From: Hyphomicrobiaceae bacterium
GTDB lineage: Bacteria > Pseudomonadota > Alphaproteobacteria > Rhizobiales > Hyphomicrobiaceae
Direction: 5' to 3'
Length of the DNA: 64,000 nucleotides
NCBI GenBank assembly: GCA_022844275.1
Contig: JALHMB010000012.1
Span: 13,691-77,690 of the forward strand
Shown: positions 9,790 through 19,586 of the stretch, one piece after another
Layout of the letters: every line of letters begins with the position of its first letter
How positions within the stretch are numbered: position 1 is the first letter of the stretch
Position numbers and translations under genes: made by a program
The notes under the pieces: model-generated
What the model saw: the letters and a program-made list of their open reading frames with translations, nothing else
Database searches by the model: none
Told to the model about the DNA's origin: nothing

Positions 9790-10866
9790 CTAAAGGCGAT
9801 CTTCTCTGGCCGTGAACGTAACGCTAAGCCGCTCCGGTCGCCATTCCCGCACGATGGTGCCCCCCAGTTGGCGCTCAACGGTCAGCTGGCTCAGCTTCTC
9901 GCCAAATCCGGAGTGATCGGGGGTGTGAAACGCTTCCTCACACCCCGTTTCCTCCCAGCATATCGTGAGGAACCCCTCCTTCTTGAGGCACCGAATGCGT
10001 ACATTGCCGGACTGCCCGCGCCAGGCCCCATGTTTGGTCGCGTTGGTAATAAGCTCGTTCACGACCAGCGCGAGCGGTGTGAGTGAACGCGCGCTGATCT
10101 GTACGTCGGCACCTTCGAGGTGAAACCGCTCGTCGCCCACGCTCACGAAAGGCGAGACAAGGACCTGCACCAGTGCGTGCAGGGTGGTTGGTTGGTCGGG
10201 AGCAGCGGTCTCTGCTTCGGGATCAACGACCGTAAGCCCGTGCGCGCGCGCCAAGGCCGTCATTCTCTCACCTACCATTGCCGCCAGTTCAGCGGGAGTG
10301 GCCGCTTTAGCCGCCAACAGCTTGGTAAGACTCGATGCAATGGAAAACACGTTCTTGATGCGGTGCTGCATTTCCTTGAGCAGGATGGTCTGCTGCTCAC
10401 GCGCAGCATGGAGCGCGGTCACATCACGCGCAATCTTGGACGCACCGACCACCACGCCCCGCTCGTCGCATATCGGCGACACCGTGAGCGAGATGTGCAG
10501 CAAGGCGCCATCCTTGCGGCGCCGAACGGTCTCGTAGTGGTCAACGCGCTCACCTCGACGGATGCGATCGAGAATCCTGGGTTCTTCGTCTTGCCGATCG
10601 GGAGGGATGAGGATCGTTATCGGCCCGCCTAGGATCTCGTCGGCCGAATAGCCAAAAATCCCCTCAGCGCCTTTGTTCCAGCTCGTGATGTTGCCGTCGA
10701 GGTCTTTGGTGAGAATGGCATCATGCGAGCCCTCCACGATTGCCGCGAGCTGCTGCCGTGCGCGGTCCATCAGCAATTGAGGCTGCAGCTCGGCAGGTAT
10801 CGCCGACGTGCGAGGTCGTTTGGGGGACTTGATCACGAGCGTGCCCTTCCGCGTGTGTAAGCCCAC
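9790..10866 (-). CDS. PAS-domain sensor histidine kinase, HWE/HisKA_2 type
   Basis: PAS segment: AIVEGSHDAILTKDLDGNITSWNKGAEGIFGY. H-box: HRIKNVFSIASSL. It also has the ICWEETG motif. The GTG start at 10866 is uncertain. Confidence 0.85.
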   Translation of the reverse strand: MGLHTRKGTLVIKSPKRPRTSAIPAELQPQLLMDRARQQLAAIVEGSHDAILTKDLDGNITSWNKGAEGIFGYSADEILGGPITILIPPDRQDEEPRILDRIRRGERVDHYETVRRRKDGALLHISLTVSPICDERGVVVGASKIARDVTALHAAREQQTILLKEMQHRIKNVFSIASSLTKLLAAKAATPAELAAMVGERMTALARAHGLTVVDPEAETAAPDQPTTLHALVQVLVSPFVSVGDERFHLEGADVQISARSLTPLALVVNELITNATKHGAWRGQSGNVRIRCLKKEGFLTICWEETGCEEAFHTPDHSGFGEKLSQLTVERQLGGTIVREWRPERLSVTFTAREDRL

Positions 10867-10967
10867 ATTAGCGCCGTAGGATAGGGCCGCAACACGTTAG
10901 GAAGAGATTCCTGGCTCGTCGCCCATTAACCATTCGTCGGCGGAAGACGTGCCCCACTATGCTGTGA

Positions 10968-12233
10968 TCACCTCACCCGTAATAGCTCCCCCCAACAGGT
11001 CGTAAATCGCGGCGACCGCATCCCGGCGCGAAGCCGCCACCCATGGTCAATCCCCGACGCCGCAAAGTGCACGGCACGCTTGCCGTAGTCGGCGTTGAGC
11101 CGGTCCAACGCTCGCATCAGCGCCATTCGCCGGTCGCTATCCGGCGGCACAAAGAGTCTCCCCTGTACGTTCGCTGCCGGTGCGAGTTCTAGCAACATCA
11201 CACCCGCCTTCTTGTAGCGATACCCCTCGCGCCACAGTTTGCGCGTGAGATGCAGTGCGGCGTGCAGCAGTCTCGCTGTGTCGGCGGTGGAGACCGGCAA
11301 CGTCATGCTCGCTGAACCAGCGTATTGCCGATCGCGCGGATTGAAGCGGTTGGTGTTGACGAACACGCTCACTACGCCAGCCGTTAACTTCTGCAGCCTC
11401 ATCCGCTGCGCCACGCGCTCCACATGCGTGGCGACAGCTTCCTCAAGCTCGCGCAACGTGGTCACAGCGCGTCCGAACGATCGTGACGCAATCAGGCTCT
11501 TGCTGTCAGCCGGGCTCTCGGTGAGCCCTACGCACGGCACACCGCGCAACTCGAGGACCATCCGCTCCATCACCACGCCGAGCTTCTGGCGGACCCAGGC
11601 AGGATCCGCATCGCGCAAGGCGCGTGGAGACGTGATACCGAGATTCTCGAGCCGCGTGGCCATTCGCCCAGCAACACCCCACAGGTCTGTGAGCTTCAAG
11701 CGATCCAGCGCTGCGGCCTGAGCGCCAGGTTCCATGAGCACGCAGACGCCGCCAGAGTCCGGAGACGCTTTCGCGGTACGGTTTGCAACCTTCGCCAAGG
11801 TCTTGGTGGGCGCAATCCCCACCGACACGGGGATGCCGGTCCATGCAAGTACAGTCGCCCTGAGTTTACGCGCATGAGCGTCCAGTCTGTCCTCAAAGCC
11901 GGCCAATGCGAGAAACGCCTCGTCGATGGAGTAAATCTCGAGGTTGGGGCTGAAGCTCCCCAATACGCTCATCACTCTCGCCGACAGGTCGCCGTAGAGC
12001 GTGTAGTTTGATGAGCGCACGATAACGCCGTGCTTTGCGAGTTTCTGTTTGCTGAGATGCCACGGCTCGCCCATGGCGATGCCGAGCGCTTTCGCTTCGT
12101 TCGAGCGCGCAATCACGCAGCCGTCGTTGTTGGAGAGCACGACCACCGGCCGGCCGCGCAGCGCCGGCTGAAACAGCCGCTCACACGAGGCATAGAAGTT
12201 GTTGCAGTCCACAAGGGCGATGGGTGCCGCCAC
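10968..12233 (-). CDS. umuC: Y-family DNA polymerase V catalytic subunit UmuC
   Basis: It carries [40 protein letters not shown]. The GTG at 12233 lies 2 nt after the umuD stop, and I prefer it over the 12275 start in the ORF track. Confidence 0.9.
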   Translation of the reverse strand: MAAPIALVDCNNFYASCERLFQPALRGRPVVVLSNNDGCVIARSNEAKALGIAMGEPWHLSKQKLAKHGVIVRSSNYTLYGDLSARVMSVLGSFSPNLEIYSIDEAFLALAGFEDRLDAHARKLRATVLAWTGIPVSVGIAPTKTLAKVANRTAKASPDSGGVCVLMEPGAQAAALDRLKLTDLWGVAGRMATRLENLGITSPRALRDADPAWVRQKLGVVMERMVLELRGVPCVGLTESPADSKSLIASRSFGRAVTTLRELEEAVATHVERVAQRMRLQKLTAGVVSVFVNTNRFNPRDRQYAGSASMTLPVSTADTARLLHAALHLTRKLWREGYRYKKAGVMLLELAPAANVQGRLFVPPDSDRRMALMRALDRLNADYGKRAVHFAASGIDHGWRLRAGMRSPRFTTCWGELLRVR

Positions 12234-12235
12234 GA

Positions 12236-12667
12236 CTACAGAAGCCGCACCACTGCCCGCACTGAGCCCCAGCACTCAAATGCCGAGTCTTCGCCAATGG
12301 GGATAGGCTTGTAATCCGGATTGCTCGCTTCAAGCCACACGCGCCTGCCGCGCCGTCTGTAGCGCTTGAGGGTGAACTCACCATCCAGCAGCGCCAGGAT
12401 CACGCGATCGTCCGCCGCTTCCACTGACCGGTCTACAACAGCGATGTCGCCAGGCAGTATGCCGTCTCCGGACATGCTGTCCCCTGCCACCCGCACCGCA
12501 AACGTCGCCGCCGGGTTCACAATCAGTAGGTCGTTGAAATCGAGCGGCCGCTCGACATAGTCCTCAGCTGGAGAGGGGAAACCCGCCCGGACTTCTGATC
12601 CCACCAGGGGCACTGTCAGCGTGTTTTGCGCCTCGCATTCCAGCATCACCCACGCCAACACCCCCAT
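12236..12667 (-). CDS. umuD: UmuD-like S24 peptidase (LexA-type self-cleaving subunit)
   Basis: 143 aa. It carries [26 protein letters not shown] and EFTLKRY. Confidence 0.9.
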   Translation of the reverse strand: MGVLAWVMLECEAQNTLTVPLVGSEVRAGFPSPAEDYVERPLDFNDLLIVNPAATFAVRVAGDSMSGDGILPGDIAVVDRSVEAADDRVILALLDGEFTLKRYRRRGRRVWLEASNPDYKPIPIGEDSAFECWGSVRAVVRLL

Positions 12668-12695
12668 TGCCCGGTCCTTTGATTATTGTTTGATT

Positions 12696-12710
12696 GTTCA
12701 CTTTATGTTC
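12696..12710. promoter_or_regulatory. Alphaproteobacterial LexA (SOS) box GTTC-N7-GTTC
   Basis: The sequence GTTCACTTTATGTTC lies 29-43 nt upstream of the umuD ATG. It is an exact match to the direct-repeat SOS motif established for Rhizobiales/Rhodobacterales. Confidence 0.65.
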
Positions 12711-12805
12711 TCCGGCCCGGGACCGTCAAGTCATGTCGCTGCCCAAACGCCCGTCGCTTCAACGGTCCGCCCCCCTTGTACCTTAGTCTTGATGCTCTAG
12801 ACATC

Positions 12806-12820
12806 ATTTATGCCATAAAT
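12806..12820. promoter_or_regulatory. AT-rich perfect palindrome, candidate operator or -10 region of the HTH gene
   Basis: ATTTATG-C-CATAAAT lies 33 nt upstream of the ATG at 12853, in an otherwise GC-rich intergenic region. Confidence 0.3.
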
Positions 12821-12852
12821 TATATTAGTGCGATGGCTAAGGACGGTCCCGA

Positions 12853-13155
12853 ATGATCACCGGAGCGCAGATGCGCGCAGCGCGCGCACTTCTAGGCATC
12901 GATCAGTATACCCTCGCCGAGCGCGCCGGCGTGTCCTTGCCCACCATCCAGCGTATGGAGGCCAGCAAGGGCAACGTGAGAGGGGTGGTCGATACCCTCA
13001 CGAAGGTCGTCCAGGCATTCGATGCCGCCGGGGTCGAGCTGATCGGCGACAACGCTCCGAGCCAGGGGAAAGGGCGCGGCGTGCGCCTGAAGGACGTGGT
13101 CGCCACCAGCCCGGCAGCGCCGCCGGGTCAAGGGTCTCCCAGCAAGAAGCCGTGA
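12853..13155 (+). CDS. HTH (XRE-like) transcriptional regulator, small
   Basis: ITGAQMRAARALLGIDQYTLAERAGVSLPTIQRMEASKG is a classic HTH. It is a paralog of 9413..9748. Confidence 0.65.
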   Translation: MITGAQMRAARALLGIDQYTLAERAGVSLPTIQRMEASKGNVRGVVDTLTKVVQAFDAAGVELIGDNAPSQGKGRGVRLKDVVATSPAAPPGQGSPSKKP

Positions 13156-13227
13156 GACACCGATCAACAAAAGAACGGTGACGTCGACAGACCAAGCTGG
13201 CGGATCCGGCAAGAAAGAACAGAAAAC

Positions 13228-14964
13228 ATGCGTGCGTTCGGTCCCTCTGACGTGAAGCGGTTGGCCTCGCCCTCCTTCGCCGAAATGTTCACGCCGAAGC
13301 TTGTGACGATCCTGCGCGAAGGATACCGCTGGCCGCACTTTCGAGCCGATGCGATTGCTGGTCTCACTGTTGCGATCGTCGCGCTCCCCCTGTCCATGGC
13401 CATCGCCATCGGTTCCGGCCTCTCACCCGACAAGGGGCTCTATACCGCCATCATCGGCGGCTTCCTGATCTCGGCCCTGGGCGGCAGCCGCTTCCAGATT
13501 GGCGGGCCGGCGGGCGCGTTCATCGTTCTAATCGCAACGATCGTCGAACGGCACGGCTACGACGGATTGGTGCTTGCAACCCTGATGGCCGGCGTCATGA
13601 TGCTCGTCATCGGCTTTCTCCGCCTCGGCACCTACATCAAGTACATTCCCTTTCCGGTGACCGTTGGCTTTACGGCGGGCATCGCCGTGATCATCTTCGC
13701 AAGTCAGGTCAAAGAACTCCTGGGGCTGGACATTGCCAAAGAGCCAGCGGCCCTGATCCCGAAGATCGAAGCCATTGCCGGCAATATCCATACGCTGAAC
13801 CCAGTGAGCGTGACGGTCGCACTTGCGGCTGTCGCCATCATCCTCATTCTGCGCCGCTACCGGCCCAAATGGCCCGGGCTCCTCATTGCTGTCGGCGGGG
13901 CGGCGCTGGCAACCTACGCCTTTCAACTCGACATCGCGACCATTGGCAGTCGCTTCGGCGGCATTCCGCAAACCTTGCCGGTGCCGAGCCTGCCTGCGTT
14001 TGACTTGGCCAAGATGCGGGCCGTGCTGCCCGATGCCATCGCGATCGCGCTCCTTGGCGCCATCGAGTCCTTGCTGTCAGCGGTCGTTGCCGACGGGATG
14101 ACCGGCCGCCGGCATCGCTCCAATTGCGAACTCGTCGCCCAGGGGGCCGCCAACGTGGCCGCCGTGTCGTTTGGCGGCATGTGCGTCACCGGCACCATCG
14201 CCCGCACCGCGACCAATGTCCGTGCCGGCGCGCATGGGCCCATCGCGGGTATCATGCACGCTCTCTATATTCTGCTGTTTATGTTGGTCGCGGCTCCACT
14301 GGCAGCCTACATTCCCTTGGCAAGCCTCGGTGCCGTTCTTGCCATCGTCGCCTGGAACATGGCCGAGAAGCACGAGTTCTGGCAGCTCTTGCGATCGTCA
14401 TGGGGAGACGCGATCGTCCTGCTGGCAACCTTTTTCCTCACGATCTTTGAGGATCTCACGACCGCCATCGCGGTCGGGGTGACGCTCGGCTCCTTCCTCT
14501 TTCTCCATCGCATGGCCGAGGCCGTGGAAGTGGAAACCGGCCACGCGGTTATTCCCGAGGATCGGGCTGATACGCGAGGCATCGACCGCGCCGCTTACGA
14601 AGCCAAACCGCACGGACGGGACGTGCTCGTCTATCGTATTTCAGGAGCGTTCTTCTTCGGCGCCACCGCGGCTGTAAGCAGCGTTCTGGACCGCATCGGC
14701 GAGCATCCGAAAGTGTTCGTACTCGATTTTTCTGAGGTGCCCCTTGTCGACAGTACGGCGGCAAACGCCCTTAAGGGATTTGTCGAGAAACTCACACACA
14801 GCGGCACGCGAATCTATATCGCAGGCGCTGCAAGGCCAGTGAGGCGAACGTTGCTCATAGCCGGGCTTCGCAAGCCGCTTGTCCGATATGTCTCAGCGGT
14901 TGAGGATGCCGTGGCACCGTCGGATACGACTGATGACCCACGCGCCTTTTCGAAAGCGAAATGA
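13228..14964 (+). CDS. SulP-family anion transporter with C-terminal STAS domain
   Basis: 578 aa and multi-TM. It carries GLTVAIVALPLSMAIAIGSG, and a STAS-like tail VLVYRISGAFFFGA...VLDFSEVPLVDSTAANAL. Confidence 0.9.
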   Translation: MRAFGPSDVKRLASPSFAEMFTPKLVTILREGYRWPHFRADAIAGLTVAIVALPLSMAIAIGSGLSPDKGLYTAIIGGFLISALGGSRFQIGGPAGAFIVLIATIVERHGYDGLVLATLMAGVMMLVIGFLRLGTYIKYIPFPVTVGFTAGIAVIIFASQVKELLGLDIAKEPAALIPKIEAIAGNIHTLNPVSVTVALAAVAIILILRRYRPKWPGLLIAVGGAALATYAFQLDIATIGSRFGGIPQTLPVPSLPAFDLAKMRAVLPDAIAIALLGAIESLLSAVVADGMTGRRHRSNCELVAQGAANVAAVSFGGMCVTGTIARTATNVRAGAHGPIAGIMHALYILLFMLVAAPLAAYIPLASLGAVLAIVAWNMAEKHEFWQLLRSSWGDAIVLLATFFLTIFEDLTTAIAVGVTLGSFLFLHRMAEAVEVETGHAVIPEDRADTRGIDRAAYEAKPHGRDVLVYRISGAFFFGATAAVSSVLDRIGEHPKVFVLDFSEVPLVDSTAANALKGFVEKLTHSGTRIYIAGAARPVRRTLLIAGLRKPLVRYVSAVEDAVAPSDTTDDPRAFSKAK

Positions 14965-15202
14965 GCGCCTTATCAGCAAGGCCATCGCGCCGATGGTTGC
15001 GCCAGTAGCGGGCCCGCTGGCGCGGTGCGAGCCACCATGATAGTGGTATGGCGATGACTAAAGTAGCCACCAGCATAAGGGGTATCAACTCCATTGCGCT
15101 ATCTTTAAGGGGCGTGGCCAATTCGATGACGGCCCCGGCTCCAAAGAGCACAGCTTGAATCATCATGAATAAGAGAGCTGCGATACCGAGACGAACAATC
15201 AT
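14855..15202 (-). CDS. Hypothetical 2-TM membrane protein
   Basis: The N-terminal 75 aa look like a real membrane protein. However, the last ~110 nt overlap the convergent SulP 3' end, which is unusual. Confidence 0.3.
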   Translation of the reverse strand: MIVRLGIAALLFMMIQAVLFGAGAVIELATPLKDSAMELIPLMLVATLVIAIPLSWWLAPRQRARYWRNHRRDGLADKALISLSKRRVGHQSYPTVPRHPQPLRHIGQAACEARL

Positions 15203-15349
15203 GGTGTCATCGTGCAGGAACCATTTCTCTCTTAACGCCCCCGCTGAAACCGAAGTTCCCCCTTCTCAGGAAGTCCGACAGAGACGATCTGTTGCAGGCG
15301 TCTTCTTTGAGCTAATTTCCGCAAATATCGACCTATCAGTGAGGTGATC

Positions 15350-15712
15350 ATGACGTTTCCAGCGCGAACAAGTTTCCTGGCTGCGGCTAGCGTCTTCGGA
15401 TTTGCTTCGGCCGCTATGGCCGCTGATCCCCTCGAAACAGACGGCGACAAATATAAACTGCGGTTCGAAAACGACCGTATGCGCGTTCTCGAGTACCGTG
15501 ATGAACCAGGCCAAAAGACCAAGCAGCACCATCACCCTGCGTTTGTTCTCTTCGCGCTAAGTCCGTTCAAGCGCACGATCACGTTGCCGGACGGGAAAGT
15601 CCTAACCCGAGAGTTTAAGGCGGGTGACATGCTTCAATCGGGCGAGCAGACCCACATCGGCGAAAACGTAGGGGATACCCCAACGCACGTCATTATGATC
15701 GAGATGAAATAA
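15350..15712 (+). CDS. Secreted cupin-domain protein
   Basis: It has a signal peptide MTFPARTSFLAAASVFGFASAAMA, followed by RVLEYRDEPGQKTKQHHHP...GEQTHIGENVGDTPTHVIMIE. Confidence 0.7.
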   Translation: MTFPARTSFLAAASVFGFASAAMAADPLETDGDKYKLRFENDRMRVLEYRDEPGQKTKQHHHPAFVLFALSPFKRTITLPDGKVLTREFKAGDMLQSGEQTHIGENVGDTPTHVIMIEMK

Positions 15713-15840
15713 CCCTTGCCGCTGACGACCACTTTAGATGAGACGCGAAGACATTTGCGTTGGTTTGCTTTTTGTCTCATATGGCAGCCCTGGCTGATGC
15801 CTCGGCCAATCGTGTCTCTGCGTTTGAAGGAAAATCCCCT

Positions 15841-16176
15841 ATGACCAAACTCAACGGGCTGGGCTCAATGAGCTATGCCCAGCTGCTCGAACTGCGCAAT
15901 CGGGTTGATGCGGCTTTGGTGGCTGCCAAAGCTGCCGAGAAACAGGAACTGCGCGCCAAGATCGAAGCGTTGGCTGCGAAGTCGGGTCTCACGCTGTCGG
16001 ATCTCCTCGATACGAAGAGCGGCGCCGGCAACAGCAAGCTCAAAGGTTCCAAGGTTGCCGTCAAATACCGCAACCCGAAGGATGCCGCGCAGACCTGGTC
16101 TGGACGCGGCCGACAGCCCAAGTGGCTCGTTGCGGCTCTCAAGAAAGGCCAGAAGATCGAGAGTTTTCTCGTCTGA
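15841..16176 (+). CDS. H-NS-like nucleoid-associated protein
   Basis: It has an N-terminal coiled coil and the C-terminal DNA-binding motif YRNPKDAAQTWSGRGRQPKWL. GAAGGA lies upstream of the ATG at 15841. Confidence 0.8.
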   Translation: MTKLNGLGSMSYAQLLELRNRVDAALVAAKAAEKQELRAKIEALAAKSGLTLSDLLDTKSGAGNSKLKGSKVAVKYRNPKDAAQTWSGRGRQPKWLVAALKKGQKIESFLV

Positions 16177-16194
16177 CGCGCGTCACATGACATC

Positions 16195-16218
16195 GGAAGC
16201 ACCCATACGGGTGCCTCC
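16195..16218. terminator. Hairpin between convergent genes (possible bidirectional terminator)
   Basis: GGAAGCACCC-ATAC-GGGTGCCTCC forms a 10-bp stem with one mismatch. There is no clear U-run. Confidence 0.35.
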
Positions 16219-16265
16219 GCTGAATTAGCGTCGTCGGCCGCTCTGCGATTCTGGGTTTCTTCTGA

Positions 16266-16547
16266 TTAGCGCCGTGGTTCGTGCGTCGGGCTGGTGAGAA
16301 GCCGGATGTAATGCTCGGCATGCTGGTACTGGCTTTCCGTTGCGACGTGGTCGCCCAGTCGCTCCGACGCGCGCGCAAGTTCGAGATAGCGCGCGTGGCT
16401 TCTCTTGGCGCTTCCAGCGGAGTCAGTGAGAGTGAGCCCCGATGCTGGTTTAGAATGAGTGCGCTTGGTTGTGTTGGATCTAGTTGACGTTTTCACCCAG
16501 ATTTGGGCGCCATCAAAGACGCCCGTCCTTTTCGCTTGATGTTGCAT
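16266..16547 (-). CDS. DUF4167 domain protein
   Basis: ARYLELARASERLGDHVATESQYQHAEHYIRLL matches the conserved core of DUF4167 as I recall it. Confidence 0.6.
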   Translation of the reverse strand: MQHQAKRTGVFDGAQIWVKTSTRSNTTKRTHSKPASGLTLTDSAGSAKRSHARYLELARASERLGDHVATESQYQHAEHYIRLLTSPTHEPRR

Positions 16548-16568
16548 TGAGCGGTGAGGCAGCAGGCG

Positions 16569-16727
16569 CTATTTCAGAACGCCGCTCCGCCAAGTAGACG
16601 ACGATTTGCAGCGACGGCAGATTCGTTCCCCTGCCCACGCGCTTGGAAAACCGTCGCGACAGAGAAGGCATTTTCTCGTTTTCGACTCAGAGGGGCGCTC
16701 GAGGACCCGACCGCGGTCTTCGTCCAA
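16569..16727 (-). CDS. Putative 52-aa zinc-ribbon protein (TTG start), or the remnant of a longer ORF
   Basis: My own translation: ...RKCLLCRDGFPSAWAGERICRRCKSSSTWRSGVLK, with CxxC-N13-CxxC. The frame stays open about 40 codons further upstream, but without an ATG or GTG. Confidence 0.25.
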   Translation of the reverse strand: MDEDRGRVLERPSESKTRKCLLCRDGFPSAWAGERICRRCKSSSTWRSGVLK

Positions 16728-17227
16728 TGCCTCAAGTTCCTTGTGTCCGGACCCTGTACGTTGATCGAGAATGTCACACCTCCGAAGGAAAGCCGCCGCG
16801 ACCTCGACGCGTGTTGCATCGATGAGATTATCCAGAGACGGGGTTGGGGTCGCAGCTCAGGTTTTGTAGCCGCTGAGGATTATATGGTGCTGGTATGACA
16901 CAATTTCAATGCGTCTGCGCGTGAAATGTCTCCAGCTAGCTTCTAGGTCTGTCAGCGCTGATCTCTTGCTGCCGACAAATAACCAGTAACCGTTCGCTCA
17001 AGCTCCGCCCGGCTCCGCACCCGCGCGACTCTCGCCATCGAGGTACAGGATCCAATCGCTTGCATGCGGCTCAAACCCCGCAAGTCTCGATTGCCCACGC
17101 CACTCGCCGCCGGCGGCAGAATGTTCACATCGTGAATGGTGCCCTCCTCGTCCCATACCTTGCCGTAAATGAAGCCATAGCCATCCGGCTACGGAGCCTG
17201 GCCTGCTCCTAGTTGCGATACCAGGAA

Positions 17228-18007
17228 TTAAGTTAGAACCGGGCTGTCGTCGGCCAGCATCTGGACTGGCCGGAGCGCAGCGTAGACGAGATCGGATGCT
17301 GGCGGCAAGATCGTCTCCGGGGCCGGTGGTCGATAGCCGAGCGACGAGTGCGGCCTGACGGCATTGTAATGCTGCCGCCATCGCTCGATCAGAACCTGGG
17401 CTTCGTAGAGCGTCGAGAACTGCTCTCCTTCCAGCAGTTCATCGCGGAGCATGGAGTTGAAGCTCTCGCAATAGCCGTTCTCCCATGGCGATCCGGGCTC
17501 GATGTAGAGTGTGGTGACACCGATCCGTTCGAGCCATCCGCGCACGCGCTTGGCGACGAACTCAGGCCCATTGTCTGAACGAATGTGCTCCGGTGGGCCT
17601 TGCCGGCTCATCAGATCGGTCAGGCAATGGAGGACATCGTCCGATCGCAGCCGTCGCGCCACGACGATCGCCAGGCAGCGCCGCGTGTATTCGTCGATCA
17701 CGGTGAGCATCCTGAATGGCCGCTTGTCCTCGGTCTGATCCTGCACAAAGTCGTAGCTCCAGACATGGTTAGGTCGCTCCGGTCTGAGGCGGATGCATGA
17801 TCCGTCGTTGAGCCAGAGGCGGCCGCGTTTCGGCTGTTTCTTTGGGACTTTCAGCCCTTCCCGGCGCCAGATGCGATAGACGCGCTTGACGCTGACGCGC
17901 CAGCCTTCGGCAATGAGCATCTCGCGGATGCGCCGATAGCCGTAGCGACCGTACTGCTTGGCAAGCCGAACGATCCCATCGGTCAACGCTGCCTCGTCAT
18001 CGCGCAC
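17228..18007 (-). CDS. IS3-family transposase OrfB (copy 1)
   Basis: This 259-aa ORF is near-identical to 30320..31099, with a few substitutions such as WLERIGVTTLY versus WLGRIGVKTLY. It carries rve motifs WSYDFV, SDNGPEF and RPHSSLGY. Confidence 0.85.
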   Translation of the reverse strand: MRDDEAALTDGIVRLAKQYGRYGYRRIREMLIAEGWRVSVKRVYRIWRREGLKVPKKQPKRGRLWLNDGSCIRLRPERPNHVWSYDFVQDQTEDKRPFRMLTVIDEYTRRCLAIVVARRLRSDDVLHCLTDLMSRQGPPEHIRSDNGPEFVAKRVRGWLERIGVTTLYIEPGSPWENGYCESFNSMLRDELLEGEQFSTLYEAQVLIERWRQHYNAVRPHSSLGYRPPAPETILPPASDLVYAALRPVQMLADDSPVLT

Positions 18008-18273
18008 CTTCGGCGTTCGACGTTGCGTGGCCCTCGACTGTCCGACGACCGCACACGCACGCCGCTCCGATACGGGAAGATGCGAGCGTACGTGATCAAC
18101 GCACGCTCGCTTCCGAGAAGGGCTCAGTATTTTCCCGTGAGGGCTTCCTTCAGGATCAGCTTGTCGAGCGTGAGTTCAGAGACGGCCTTCCTCAACCGCT
18201 CGTTCTCCCGCTCCAGCTCCTTGAGCCGCTTCGCCTGATCGAGCTTCAGGCCGCCGTACTCGCGCCGCCACTT

Positions 18274-19586
18274 AATGGGATGGACGGCTCTCCCTCTTCA
18301 ACCGAGGCTGTGAGCCTCGATGATGATGGAGGTGGACTATGGAAGTGACATTCCTCGGGATCGATTTGGCGAAGAACATCTTCCAACTACATGGCGAAGA
18401 CGCAGATGGCCGAGCAATTCTGCAACGACGGGTTCGGCGTGACCGGTTGATGACTGAAGTAGGAGCTCTGCCGCCGTGCACGATCGCGATAGAAGCCTGC
18501 ACAGGCGCTTTCTACTGGCAACGGCAGTTCGAAGCTGCGGGACATCAAGTCCGGATCATTGCCCCCCAGTATGTGAAGCCATTCGCCCAGCACCAGAGGA
18601 ATGACCGCAATGATGCCGCAGCAGTCTGCCGTGCGGTCCAGCAGCCAAACATGAAGTTCGTGCCTGGAAAGACCGTTGAACAACAAGACATTCAAGCTCT
18701 CCACCGCGGTCGTCAGCGTTTGGTGAACCACCGGACCGCTTTGGTCTCTCAGATGCGGGGGCTACTCCTTGATCGCGGTGTCGCGTTCGCCCAGTCGATC
18801 ACGAGAGCGCGGCGAGAGATCGGGCTCCTGCTCGAGGAGGGGTCACCGGAGCTGAGTGAGCTGTTCCGCTCCATGCTGTCTCAGCTCTACGCTTGCTTCA
18901 TCGCTCTCGACCGTCAGACCGCCTGGTTTGACAGCGAGATCGAGAGGATCTTCCGCTCAAGTGACACTTGCCGCCGGCTCTCGAAGATCAGGGGCGTCGG
19001 TCCCAAGACCGCGACCGCTATCGTCGCCGCCGTCGGCGACGGAGCCGAGTTCACCAATGGCAGGCATCTCGCGGCCTGGATGGGACTCGTGCCTCGACAG
19101 CATTCGAGTGGAAACCGGCAGCGCCTTTTCGGCATATCCAAACGAGGCGATCGACATTTGCGGACATTGCTCATCCACGGTGCACGGGCTGTGGTGCGAA
19201 CTTCTACAAGTCGGGATGATGCGCAGAGTGCTTGGATCAGAGCCTTGAAGGCTCGGCGAGGCGCCGCCAAGACGATCGTGGCGGTCGCCAACAAGAATGC
19301 GCGCGTGATCTTCGCGATGCTGAAAAAGGGAACGGAATTCCGGGCGGCGTAACAGCCATCCGGGGAGGTGTGAACGATCAGAGAAGTGTACCGGCCGACG
19401 AGACTGGCGCGTGAGGAACCTGACTTCTACAAGGGCTCATCGAAGCCGCCCACTTGTTGAGGCTCACGCCGCGCGGATGACCCATTTGGGCGCGCCAGCA
19501 TCACTGGTGACGCCGGATAGATGTTGGCACCCAAGTTCGCCGGAAAACTGCTCAAATCGCTTGCACCGGGAGAGCCGTCCATAGAT
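18274..19586 (+). mobile_element. IS110-family insertion sequence (1313 bp) nested in IS3 orfA
   Basis: The junctions were defined by comparison with uninterrupted IS3 copy 2: ...CGCGCCGCCACTT | insert | GTAGTA(C/A)GTCTGCTCC. There is no target duplication (the length arithmetic is exact). The boundary is ambiguous by 1-2 nt. Confidence 0.85.
18339..19352 (+). CDS. IS110-family transposase (DEDD type)
   Basis: 337 aa. It carries the N-terminal GIDLAKNIFQLHG, IAIEACTGAFYW, and the C-terminal IRGVGPKTATAIVAAVGD...GRHLAAWMGLVPRQHSSG. Confidence 0.9.
   Translation: MEVTFLGIDLAKNIFQLHGEDADGRAILQRRVRRDRLMTEVGALPPCTIAIEACTGAFYWQRQFEAAGHQVRIIAPQYVKPFAQHQRNDRNDAAAVCRAVQQPNMKFVPGKTVEQQDIQALHRGRQRLVNHRTALVSQMRGLLLDRGVAFAQSITRARREIGLLLEEGSPELSELFRSMLSQLYACFIALDRQTAWFDSEIERIFRSSDTCRRLSKIRGVGPKTATAIVAAVGDGAEFTNGRHLAAWMGLVPRQHSSGNRQRLFGISKRGDRHLRTLLIHGARAVVRTSTSRDDAQSAWIRALKARRGAAKTIVAVANKNARVIFAMLKKGTEFRAA

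Noticed and set aside
16998-17198. Truncated reading frames abutting the IS3 copies (PDGYGFIYGKVWDEEGTIHDVNILPP... at 16998..17198; ...SYSYGFLPSSFFNRNVKAFVAWHEKH at 29741..29846), considered as halves of one disrupted gene.
   Set aside because: Both read away from the IS on the same strand and cannot be joined into one frame. I could not assign either to a family.
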